Assembly: GCA_029953675.1 (NCBI GenBank)
Contig: JAMWBK010000002.1
Span: 1,550,001 to 1,614,000 of the forward strand
DNA from: Rhodosorus marinus CCMP1338
Lineage: Eukaryota > Plantae > Rhodophyta
Direction: 5' to 3'
DNA: 64,000 bases
Translations under genes and position numbers: made by a program
Notes under the pieces: generated by a model
What the model was told of the DNA's origin: nothing
Database searches by the model: none
Seen by the model: the letters and a program-made list of their open reading frames with translations, nothing else
Shown here: piece after piece, positions 1-10,916 of the stretch
Layout: each line of letters starts with the position of its first letter
How positions within the stretch are numbered: position 1 is the stretch's first letter

Positions 1-1677
1 AGATTTGATCATAATTAAAGTGTCTTTTCCTATTTCTGTGTTGAAACGGGTCCAAACGAGTTCTATCTGGAGAGTTGTTTCTTTGTAGGGAGATGTATGA
101 AGTGCAAGAAATCGGGTTAGGGGTTTGTGGGCAATGAGTGAACATGCTTTTCCATTGTGATTGGTCGGTCGCTCGGCCAACATGATTCACAGAGACGTCC
201 AGCTTTGCCGTTGACCGTTTTGTCCGTAAGTTTTGGCAAAAAAAGCGATTGGTGTTCCGCTCTCGCGACGGTTGCCCAAAACCCGTGTAGTGTTTACTGA
301 GAATGTTAACCTTGCACCGTAATCTGGCAAGGGGTCACGGGCAGGTCCTGAATAATATCGTCTGGACGGAGGATCCTGCAAGTTCATCTAGGGACTACGA
401 CAAGCTATTCTTGTCGTGGAAATGGGCATGTGATCCCCGTACTTTGTGGTCCCCTTCACATTCGTGTTCGGTGACAATTCCCCCTGCAACCTGAAGCTAT
501 CTGTCGCCGGTTCCGTGAAGCACGTCATCGAAGACCTGATCCTCCTGGACATGAAAAGCACATCTGTACCTTGGAGAACAGGAGTTGGCTCTTCCCTTAA
601 TGATTCAGATTCCTGTAGACGAGCTGACGCGGGTGGTCCGGCCATGCTATGTACTCCGCATGCGTTCATCCTCACGTTCCTTTGCATATATGTCCTCGCT
701 TCCTTCAGAGAAAGCTTCGAGGGCTATATCCTAGTATTCTAGTACCTCGGTACTAGTGCAATCATTTTCAATCTATTTCGGCTCATAGAAGACCATCCAA
801 TTGGTCAGGAATCCTAAGATGGACCAATCATGTGTACCATCACCCACCGTGCCATCCAATGGGGTCTGTCTACACGGGCTCCGTCAGTGAGCAACTTCAA
901 TCCCCCCAGCCCTACTATAGAAGATCCGTTTATACGCGCATAACCCCCATCCAGCCCCCAAACCATTCAAAAAGTCATAGATATGAAATCTTGAAGTTGA
1001 TTGAAGGGGATGGCTACCAATCACAAACACATGCTGAGTACCGACTATTCTGAAAACCTCAACGTGTAAGTTCAAGACCCAAAATTAGAGGGTGCCCATT
1101 CAGGAGGAGGAGGAGAGGAGGAGGGGAGGAGGGGAGAGGGTGGGAGGCCTCCAATGCCATTGCACAGGCAGATTGGATCAAAACTTAACAACCCATTGAG
1201 GGGTTGATGTAGATCGTTTATCACAAATTTTGAGAATTTAAGAAAAATAAAGGGGACGTTTTCGAAACCTCGATGAACGTGTTTACCTCCTACAGCTTTT
1301 GTTTTTTAGATATTGCGTCCTATTTCACTCGCCAGTCGCAGTTAAATCCAAAACGAATTTAGGTTCTGTTTCTTAATAATGATTTATAGATGCAAGATCC
1401 ATCCCTTAATTTATTTTGAAATCGAATGAGCTGCTAGATATGTGTTGGGTTGATTGTCAGATCTAGGTGATCCCGATAATCTGACTCTCGAGAACTGGTC
1501 TTGCTTCTGTCCAGTCCCTGAGGAGAGAATATAAGGGCTTTTCGTCCTATTGTCCTTCAACGGATAGGGAGGACAGCGGGAATAGTTTTAAGCTGTCTTA
1601 TCGCATGATGTTGAAGGACTTTTTATGAACGAGGGTGTGAGATTGGAGGGGTTTCAGGGTAAAAAACTTTTTGAGGC

Positions 1678-4600
1678 ATGGCCTCGCGGTCGATTGTGCC
1701 GATCTCTAGGCCGAATGTTGGGCGGAAGGGTAGACCCGTTCGGGTTATAGCCAACCATTTCCCCGTGGAGCTCGACCCAAGCATAACGGCTTATCAGTAC
1801 AGCGTTCAGTTTTATCCAACTCAACGGCCCTTGTCTGCAGAGGTATGCCTGTTCAAAGATGTAGGGCCCCAATTCTTGGGCAATCGCTGATCTTGAAGTC
1901 CTTTTCCCTTCTTCCTCCGTTGTTTTCAAAGGACATGAATGAGGGCGGAGCTTCGAAGTCTCCGGAGGCATTCAATAGGCTTGTCCTTTCCAGTTTCACA
2001 AAGGTGTGCTTTTCAAGTAGTCCAAGTCAGATCTCGTGCTGCTGTGATTCACCTTCGGGAATTCCACAATTCTTGTAGGCACATGCTACGACGCTGAGGA
2101 ACGCACAGTTCGCTTATGATGGGCGCAGAAATCTTTATTCCGGACAAAGCCTTCCGTTTACCGAGCCTCGCACCTTCGAGTTCGTGATTGAGGATGAAAA
2201 TGGCAAAAAGGAAGACATGACTCTTATCATCCAGATCGTCGCTGAGAAGCTTGTTAGCGACCTCATACGAAGCACGCAGACAGAAGGAGAGGATATCGCA
2301 AGCGACGTTTTGCAGGCACTGGACGTGATTCTGAGAGAGAATCTTTTATCGGGGTTCGTGGTTTTCTTCGTATTTCTGAAAGACTTTTTTCTGTGATAGT
2401 TTGAGGCCTCGTCGTCTGACCGAGGTAAACTTTACGAGCATAGGCATGTTGTCGCTGGGAAGTCTCTTTTTTCTAGTTCGGAGAGTAGCCCGCTCGGAGA
2501 GGGATGCTCCGTGTGGAGGGGTTTCTATCAGAGCTTGAGGCCAAGCGGGACCAAGTTTACACTGAATGTCGATCTGAAGTTTTCGGCTTTCTACGACGAG
2601 CAGAACTTGATTCAATTCTCGAGAAGTGTTATGAGGTTTCCCGAAAACGTGAGTCAGGAGAACAAAGAAGGCGACCTTACTCTCTCCTTAGGTAGAAATG
2701 AAGAAGACTGTCACTAACGGCGTTCGTTTCTGAACTCCAGAAACCATTTCCGAAGAAACTCCAAGACAGGGATAGACGAACCATCCTCAAGGAGCTCAGG
2801 GGAGTGCCTACCAACACTTTCCACACGGGGAAAAAGATGAAGCACACCGTCCATGACATATCGATGACGGGCGCAAACGAAATCTTGTAAGTTGAGAGTT
2901 TCCTTGGTCCCGCTGGCCGATGCCGGATTGCGCAAGTCTTAGTTCTTCCGCTGAAGATCGCTTGCCATTGAATTTGTAGTTTCGAGAACACGAAGACGGG
3001 CAAGAACATGAACGTTGTGGAGTATTTGCAGGAATCGTACGACATTAAGCTGGACTATCCCAACCTGCAGTGCGCAAAGGTTAACAAGAGACGGGACGTG
3101 TTTGTTCCACTGGAGCTTCTATTCATACCTTCACACAGGAAGCGCAAGGCACTCACACCGGGTCAGACGCAGAGTATTGTGCGTCTCGCGGCGGTTAAGC
3201 CGCAGAACCGTCTGAGATCCATTCACGACATCATGAGGCGATCGGGTCTTGCCAGGGACCCGCTGGTGAAAGAGTTCGGGCTCCAAGTTAGTGGCAAACC
3301 GATAGAAATCAAGGTAGGGGGGGACCTTCCGTTCCATTCCATTGTCAGGAACCAACCAGATGGCTCATTTCATTTACAAAGTGTCCGCTGAATCTTCTTC
3401 AGGCTCGAGTTCTCGATGCTCCGTCAGTACTGTTTGGAGGGAATTCGAGGGTTACCCCCAGGGACGGTTCATGGAACATGCAGCGCGAGAGGTTGATGCA
3501 GTCTGGAGCGCCTCTGAGGCATTGGGGTGTCATTGTTTTCTGTGATCAACGAATGCTCAATGATTCTGCGATAGATGGCTTCATTAACAAGCTTGTAAGA
3601 GCTGGAAGAGAGAACGGGATGAATATCGACAATCCTAGGCCTCTGATAACTCGTGCTAGAAAGGAAGTCAGGAGCGAGATGACGAAGTGCGTACATCATG
3701 AATTTGGTTTTACGTTGAACTTCCCGTGGTTTGACGATTTGTAGTAGGTCGTACCGTGATGGTTCTAACTACTTTACCTCCGTTCCTCTCCAGGATGTTC
3801 CGCACTCTCAATGAGGAGGGAAAGGCGCAGATAATTGTGTGCATTAAGCCAAATCAAGATTCGGGTCTATACCGGGAAATTAAGCAAATGAGCGACTGCG
3901 AGCTGGGCGTGCCCAGCCAGTGCCTTCTGTCCAATAACGTAAGTTTGCATGCCGAGCCTGAATCTGTTGTAATTTGTTCAACCGAATGGTCGTTGTCATT
4001 CTCGTGTTAATGTGAACTTCATATCCGCCTTCTAAACGCGACCAGGTGAACAAGGGCAATATCCAGTATTGTTCCAACGTCACTTTGAAGATGAACGCTA
4101 AGCTTGGGGGTCAAAACTTTTTCCCAGAGCCAATGAAAGACCGCGACCTTAATCACCCATTTGAGTCACAGCCTTTCATGATGGTTGGAGCAGATGTTAC
4201 CCATCCTGGTCCCGGCGTTGAAAGCGCGCCTTCCATCGCAGCAATGGTTGGAAGCTTGGATAGGCGTGTCACGAAGTTCGGGAACACCATGCGCTGCCAG
4301 GGTGGGAGGAAGGAAATCATCGAAGACATGCAATCCATGTTTCTCGAGCTGATAGAAGAGTTCAGGAAGGCGAACAAGGGTACTGTACCGAAGCGGATCA
4401 TCATGTATCGAGACGGAGTTTCGGAAGGGCAGTTCCAGCAGGTTCTGGACTACGAGTTGTGGGAGATGCGCAAGGCATGCATGAGCATTTCACAGAACTA
4501 CAGGCCGCCGATGACGTTTGTAACCGTGCAGAAGAGGCACAACACGCGCTTCTTCCCATTAGATCCGAAGGACGGAGATAGGAGCGGGAACTGCAGAGCC

Positions 4601-4972
4601 GGGACTGTCGTGGACACCGATATTGTTCACCCGAAGCATTTCGACTTCTTCTTGAACAGCCACGGAGGGCTTCAGGGCACCTCCAAGAGTGGGTTCTACA
4701 AGGTTCTGTATGATGAGAATGCTTTCACCGCGGACCAGATTCAGAACTTGACCTACCGCATGTGTCACAGCTATGCGCGCTGCTGCAAAGCGGTTGGGGT
4801 CGTTTCGCAGGCCTACTATGCTCACTTGCTTGCATTCCGTGGCCGATGCTTCCAAAAGGAGTTTGGTAGCGACACGGCAAGTCAGGGCTCGGGGCCCGGC
4901 GCACCTGTTTTCGTCAAACCAGAACCGGTTGGAATCCACTCGGCACTGGCTAGCACGCTGTACTACCTTTGA
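1678..4972 (+). CDS. AGO: Argonaute (eukaryotic AGO; N, PAZ, MID, PIWI), multi-exon
   Basis: Exons read RPNVGRKGRPVRVIANHFPV, FAYDGRRNLYS, GFYQSLRP, YREIKQMSDCELGVPSQC, NVTLKMNAKLGG, GADVTHP, RKEII, YRDGVSEGQF, QKRHNTRFF and AYYAHLLAFRG. They are joined by GT-AG introns, with the stop TGA at 4970-4972. Confidence 0.95.
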
Positions 4973-5007
4973 GACCTTCCCAGTGTAAGGGGGAGACTCG
5001 ACGTGCC

Positions 5008-5062
5008 CTCGTTATCACGAAAGCTGCTTGTTTTCTCTCAAGGCAGCTTTCGTGACAACGAG
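5008..5062. other. Near-perfect 22-23 bp stem-loop just downstream of the AGO stop codon
   Basis: ctcgttatcacgaaagctgcttg (5008-5030) pairs with caaggcagctttcgtgacaacgag (5039-5062). There is one A/C mismatch, one bulged G and an 8-nt loop. Confidence 0.85.
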
Positions 5063-5399
5063 ATTGGTCCGCGAATAGGATCTCCATCCTACCTAATCAA
5101 ATTGACGTCCTGACACAGTGTGGGACGAGCAAGGCTTCGACAAGTTGGGATATTGTGTCTGTAGTTTTCACCGGAGGAAACGAGAAGGGGGGAGAATTTC
5201 TCAGTTTCCGCTCTGACTGGTTTATTGGACTGTATGCAAGAAGCGCGTGTGCCAGTAAAGCACTCAGGACTTAGCCATTGCATGCGCAACGTGAAAAGGT
5301 TGGCATGAATGGCTTAGACAGCGATTCATGCTGACCGATCATTCTTGCGATGCTTCCCTCAAACAGCTTATCAAATAGCAATCGTACAATTACGTTTTA

Positions 5400-7388
5400 T
5401 CAATCCCTGTGCAGTTCATATACTTGGCGCCTCAAAAATTGGAAGATAGCTGCAGCGTCGCCTACGAACGGCCGGGTGTCTGCTCTGGCCTCATCAACCA
5501 AGCGATCGATGTCTACTCCGTTCCTTTCGACGTCGTTTTCCCGTCCTCGACGACTTCGTCTGACTCCGCGAATTGCTGGCTTGGCTTGAAGCATTTCCTC
5601 GTATTCGTCCACAGCTTCTGCATCTTGGTACGGGATTCGGTGTCGTAGATCAGTCGCCAAAGCTACAAGCACGGCCGGTTCTCTCCAGTCCCGCTGATAG
5701 ATCCACAACCGCGTCTGGTACCTCGGCATGTGGTCGTAATCAAACATCATTGTAAACAGGCCAACGACTCCCTCGACATCACGCAGTAGAGTATAGCTCT
5801 TCAGGATAGGGACCAAAGTACGTCGAGAGGGATGAAATCGGTTTCTCTCCAGCTCGTCAAGGAGCTCTAAACCCAGGTCTGGGCTATCACGCCCGCAGAA
5901 AGTTCTAATGATGGTGTGGAACAGGGCTAGATTGGGTTTCAAGCCGTGGGCTTCCATTTCCGCAAGGCATCGTTGTGCAGGCTCAACGGCCCCGATAAGG
6001 AGGAGATAATCGAAGACCGCGCTGAAATGAAAGTTTCCTGAAAATCCCGGAAGGACCAATAGTAACGCATCCTTGAGGTCAGAAGGTGGGCGCATGGCTG
6101 GATTAATCAAGCCGGCCGCCTCCCACAGGACGTTCCAGTTTGAAAGGTTGAGGTACATGTCCGCTTGGTATTTCCTCCTGACCGCTATCGAACACTGCAC
6201 GGGCATCGAACGCATAGCGTAAAACTCGATGAGGTCATCCAGAACAGATTCGATTGGCCCGATCCTGTACATGCTCAAATCCCTCATTACGAGTTCCATA
6301 CCACCTATGTTCTCTGCCTTTACAAACCCCTCGAAAAGCGCTTTCATGGTCTCATCTGTTGGCACCACTTTGCGCTTCTTCATACCCTCGTAGTGCTCCA
6401 TCGCGCGGTTCATCATTCCGGCCTTGGCGTACGCGTTGATAAGAGCCTCATAGTTTCTCTCTGTAATCGGCAGCAAAAGCGTTTCGAGTTCGGAGAAGGC
6501 CTCCTCCATTGGGCCATAAGAATCCGCATCTGCAAAAGCCTCAATTCTCAGAGAAGCTGCATTATGTGTCGGTTCAAATCCGTAGGACTCGGTCATATCG
6601 AAAAAGCAAAAATCCAGTTCATCGGGATCCCCTTTGAGCCGAAGAATCTCCATTTTTGCCTCGAAAGCTTTGGAATTCTTCGATGACTGGGTTTGAAGCA
6701 TCTGCTTGAAAGCCCGCGAAGCGTTTTCAGTATCTCTAGCTTGAGCGTACCCGTTAACCATGATCCTAAAAACCTCCGCGGGAATCTCATTAGTCATACC
6801 CTGAATCCGTGCGAAAGTACCCTGCATGGAATCGAACAGGCGGCGTCTCGCTTGCGCTCGCAGAACAAGCTGCATCATCTCAACGTCCACATCAATACGC
6901 CTTCGGTCCATCTCCTCTAATACCGCGTATACATCTCCTATAGTCCCTACTTCATCAAATCCTTCAACTATCGCCTTGTACGTATCCAACTGCGGCGTAT
7001 GTTCTCTGGTCACGAGATAGCTGAAAACTGTGTACGCCATGAACGGGTCCTCAGCTTCAAACATATGACGCAATTTCAACAGGCCTTTTTCCATCTGATA
7101 GAGTGGGTTTCCCATCCTTTTCTTATGCCGTCTTACTTTCTTTCGGCTGTGTCCCATCATGGTCCATCCCAGCCGCCTTCCAACCCCCGCACAGTCCTCG
7201 CCAGAGTAACCAAACATCGCCGCGGGAATCCTCGAACAGCGACTCGAAGAAGCATCAATACCAGTTCCAGCGAATCCACTATACAAAGACCCCACGAATC
7301 CATACGTGTTGCCTTTCATTCTACATTCAATTCCTTTCGATTCCTTTCTACTTTTCATTCCACAAACTCCATCACCATTTTCCCCCAT
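5400..7388 (-). CDS. Pentatricopeptide-repeat (PPR) protein, probably plastid-targeted, intronless
   Basis: The 662-aa ORF has tandem ~35-aa repeats such as NYEALINAYAKAGMMNRAMEHYEGMKKRKVVPTDE and VFRIMVNGYAQARDTENASRAFKQM. The N-terminus is rich in S/G/R with a GFV motif. The true start may be the Met at 7319. Confidence 0.85.
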   Translation of the reverse strand: MGENGDGVCGMKSRKESKGIECRMKGNTYGFVGSLYSGFAGTGIDASSSRCSRIPAAMFGYSGEDCAGVGRRLGWTMMGHSRKKVRRHKKRMGNPLYQMEKGLLKLRHMFEAEDPFMAYTVFSYLVTREHTPQLDTYKAIVEGFDEVGTIGDVYAVLEEMDRRRIDVDVEMMQLVLRAQARRRLFDSMQGTFARIQGMTNEIPAEVFRIMVNGYAQARDTENASRAFKQMLQTQSSKNSKAFEAKMEILRLKGDPDELDFCFFDMTESYGFEPTHNAASLRIEAFADADSYGPMEEAFSELETLLLPITERNYEALINAYAKAGMMNRAMEHYEGMKKRKVVPTDETMKALFEGFVKAENIGGMELVMRDLSMYRIGPIESVLDDLIEFYAMRSMPVQCSIAVRRKYQADMYLNLSNWNVLWEAAGLINPAMRPPSDLKDALLLVLPGFSGNFHFSAVFDYLLLIGAVEPAQRCLAEMEAHGLKPNLALFHTIIRTFCGRDSPDLGLELLDELERNRFHPSRRTLVPILKSYTLLRDVEGVVGLFTMMFDYDHMPRYQTRLWIYQRDWREPAVLVALATDLRHRIPYQDAEAVDEYEEMLQAKPAIRGVRRSRRGRENDVERNGVDIDRLVDEARADTRPFVGDAAAIFQFLRRQVYELHRD

Positions 7389-7649
7389 CTCGAATCCATC
7401 TCATGTGTTCCTCAAAAGTTGATCTTTCCAAGTGAGCCTTGGACTTGATTTCTTTTATTTATATATTGTAACTGACAGACGAGCGCTTCTATCCTTCCCT
7501 CTCTCACTCCGCCCCACCCCCAGTCTCTGTTCACCATCCCGGTAAGATCGTCACCTCCGAACAGCGTTTTCGATGAACAAGTTGGTGAGGATGCGCACAC
7601 TGATGGAAGAATGAAGGAGGGAGGTTTGCACTACTTTGAGGAAGTAACT

Positions 7650-7685
7650 GAGAGAATGAAAGAGAGAAAGAGAGAGAGAGAGAGA
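7650..7685. repeat. (GA)n microsatellite in the short divergent promoter between the PPR and rubredoxin genes
   Basis: The sequence reads gagagaatgaaagagagaaagagagagagagagaga. Confidence 0.8.
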
Positions 7686-7708
7686 TTTTGGAGGCTTGGA
7701 AAAAGATA

Positions 7709-8260
7709 ATGGGGTCAACAGATGGACAGTTGTTGAATTTTTTGACGGTAAAGGCGCCGATTGCATTTGGGAGGCGATGCGGGCATCGTGTTAGACGATG
7801 GGGCCGAATTGATGGACTACGAACGATCGAGGTTGGGACGGGTGGGAGGAGAGTGAATGCGGAGGTGATTGTTGGGAAATCTGAGTTTGTTGCCGAAGAA
7901 AGAACGACATTTGATAAGTACGTTGGGTATGTGGGCGATGTCTGGGTGTTCCTGGCAGTTTGGTGTGCTATGGCGTTGTTGGAGAGGTGGGCGAGACTGA
8001 AACAGATCAAGATGAATGATGAGCAGCCACGAACTATCAAGGAGATCAGGGAGAGCTGGAAGTCGTCCGAGGCAATTCCAGCTCTTAAGTGCACCGCGTG
8101 CGGATACGAGATGCTTCCGAAATTTCCCAAGCCCGTAGACGAGCTGCCAAACAGCTTCAGATGCCCGATTTGCGGCACAGGGAAAGACGCTATTCAGGAA
8201 ACATCCTTCTTCAGAGACGAGAGAATTGGATCTGGTGAGCCGTTTGGTGATCGACAATAG
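7709..8260 (+). CDS. Rubredoxin-domain protein with transit-peptide-like N-terminus and one hydrophobic helix
   Basis: The CTACG...CPICG iron-binding knuckle pair lies at the C-terminus. A hydrophobic stretch YVGYVGDVWVFLAVWCAMALL precedes it, and the N-terminus is Arg-rich. Confidence 0.7.
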   Translation: MGSTDGQLLNFLTVKAPIAFGRRCGHRVRRWGRIDGLRTIEVGTGGRRVNAEVIVGKSEFVAEERTTFDKYVGYVGDVWVFLAVWCAMALLERWARLKQIKMNDEQPRTIKEIRESWKSSEAIPALKCTACGYEMLPKFPKPVDELPNSFRCPICGTGKDAIQETSFFRDERIGSGEPFGDRQ

Positions 8261-8530
8261 TTTTCTACAATGCTCTCCTTTGCTCTATATATATGTCATC
8301 TAATAAATAAGCAACCCAGTTCTCCTACGCACAGCATCAAACTGTTCAGGACCGGCTCAACTCGGTCGAGATTCGCTCATCCGACAGGTACATTCCACAA
8401 GCACGCGTCCTTCAGCTTCATTCAAAGACGGCTCCGCAGCCACAGCCAAGCTACTTCGGCATTCTCTCCAGAAGATCGCCTGGAACAGCTAGCTCTGCGG
8501 TTGTTTCTGGTTCCAGTAGTCGAAATCCAG

Positions 8531-10269
8531 CTAGAAAGGACTGCGTTCAAATGGAACAAAAAAGCTATGCGGTATGGTAACGGTACCGGTTCTTTCGTCG
8601 ACGTGGGTGTCCTCGCCAATAACCAATTCCAATCCCTCCAAATGTGGTCTAAGAAGATTGCCATACTGAAACAGTCGCTTGCATGCTGAAAAGAAGTAGG
8701 GTTTAGGAAGGCCAGCATGGCAACTCAGTCTTCTCACCCGGGTCGACCTCATCACCAATCCCCGGACGTAGTGCTCATACTCTTGCTGCCGCAGGAACTC
8801 TCGATGAAGAGAAGCTACATCCTTCCCGATGTCTTGAACGTGCTCTAGGATGGCATCAACCGAGGCGCTCAGAGGAACAGACACAACTCCATTTTCAATA
8901 TCACTTCCAAACTCATTGCGCTCCAGAAGGATCATCAGCGACAAACAACTAAGCTCAGCAGACCGAGAAGGTAATATAGCCCCCCTGCATGTGATTCCTG
9001 CTAAAAGCCTGTTGTACTGGTCGTAGCGCTCGCTAACTGCGGTTTGATCTGTCAAGACAAACCGAAGTCCGAGAGCCTGTGCAGCAGTCGATTCAGCCCG
9101 GTCCAGAGTCTGCCTGGCGATCCTGTTCCCCTTGCAGATCATCCTAAAAGCTTGAGAATTCAAATGGCTCCGCCATAAGGACTCAGACGCACAAGCACCA
9201 AGGTTGAGGTATCCGCTTCCCGTAGAATTCCTCTGAATACCGACATCAAAGCCGTCGTTGATAACAATCTAATAATGGAAACACCGTTGGGCGGGTTAAG
9301 ATCTCAATTGTCGATCACGTCCTCGCGGAAACCGAGGTTTGGGAAGCATCGTCTCACCTTGCCCGAAGATACACCTTCACCCTCAGCGAGTTCCAATGTG
9401 TCAATCAGAGCTGCGGCTTTTCGCGCAAGTTGCGAACGAGAATCTGGTTTGACCTTATCATGGATTTCCAAATGGAGTCCTAGTCGTCTTTTGAGATGGG
9501 CCACCAAGACTTCTACCTCGTCAATTGAATGTTCCTGAAGCTGTTTTTTTTTTTTTTTGCAACAGAAGCAGAAAGCGAATGGAACGTCAGAGCAATAGCG
9601 ATCCATCACGACATATATATACAGTCCAGAAACGTAGGCAAAACCAAACGCAAAGTGCCAAAAATCTCTTACCTTATCCTTGCTGCTCCGTAAAGAAACG
9701 ATTGTTCGTGACCGATGAGCTGCGCCTTCAGAACCAGACAAAAAGTCCATAATATTCGTAGAAGCCGGTCTCGAATTTGGATGAGCTGAGTAGTTCTTTC
9801 GCGATGGCCCGCTCGATGTTGAGCATTCGCCACCGACAAGTTCATCAAGACTTCTAAGGAATCCATTTACCCCTGAAAACGACAATGTGACCTCGCGGAA
9901 GTTCTCCGGATCTGAAAGGACAGAACATCAAGGTAACGAGGATCAGGAAGTGCTCTCCCTCAAAACTGTAGAGACCTTCGAACAGTAGGAGCGAGAAGCT
10001 TCAAACAAACCTTTCATTTCTCTCGAGGATGTTGTCGAGGTCTCATCTCGGACATGAAACACAATCGTTCTTGCTTTTCGCAAGCTCAAATTGCGTCCTG
10101 AGACAAGCTCATCATACAGAGACTGAAGTTCCTGCATGGAGGCCTGGTTCACGGACTGCTTGTCGGGGTACTTCCCAAACAAGTCCGGATGAACCTTGAG
10201 ATAAACCCGCCTCAACAAAATCTTTACATTTCGAGCATCCGAGACGCTGCTTAAACCCCTCCGAATCAT
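8531..10269 (-). CDS. TCAIM: TCAIM/C3orf23-like mitochondrial protein (DUF4460 J-like domain + DUF4461), multi-exon
   Basis: N-terminal LRRVYLKVHPDLFGKYPDKQSVNQASMQEL (HPD motif) follows a presequence-like MIRRGLSS. The C-terminus reads LRPHLEGLELVIGEDTHVDERTGTVTIPHSF. Confidence 0.8.
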
Positions 10270-10916
10270 TGCAAACTGGCCGGTCCAAACTCTTGCGTCG
10301 TTGCCTGCCCACCAAACAAAATTTGGGAATAACACCCCCCCCTCCCCCCAGCCACTACAAGCTAAAGAATAATAAAACCTGAGGCTACAAACCCCCCGCC
10401 ACTCATTCATAAAGCTTCAACTGCCATTCTCTCAAACAACAAATAAAACAACTCGTCACCCGTTCCAACTCCATCCCGAAGGACCTCCCAGTCGAGGTCT
10501 CATCAACTCCTCCGAACTTTACAAACAACACGACTGCTTTCCAAAACAGCCCCGAAACAAAAACTCAAAACACAAACACACATTTCAAAATTCGTTTCTA
10601 GTTACCCAAAAAAAAAACAGAAATCCATTCCAATCTTCCCTCCCAAAGATCCCAAACAGCAATCCTTAAAAGCCCAAACCTGCAGCAAACGCGCCCCGCA
10701 TCTTCTTGCTGAATCCTCCTCCCCCCTTCCCCTCCCCGCAACAACTCCGGAAAAGCATAACGAAAACTAAGGTATAGTGAAAACGTTCCCTAGTACAAAC
10801 CCAATCGTGTACAAATTTTACTATCAATTTGTGACTCACTCTTTTATATTGGAAAGGGGTAAAAGTATAATTTTTATTATATATATATATTTTTTATTGG
10901 AGAAATGATTTATCAA

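Noticed and set aside
114-126. GGGTTAGGGGTTT telomere-like word near the window start
   Set aside because: It is a single unit with no array.
182-742. MIHRDV word and short ORFs suggesting a kinase pseudogene
   Set aside because: Only one motif is present. No DFG, APE or VAIK appears in order, and there are many stops.
6165-6686. Long antisense ORFs over real genes (also 16961-17635, 35706-36644, 41952-42884, 53240-53608)
   Set aside because: They are shadows of the coding strand's codon bias, with no independent motifs.
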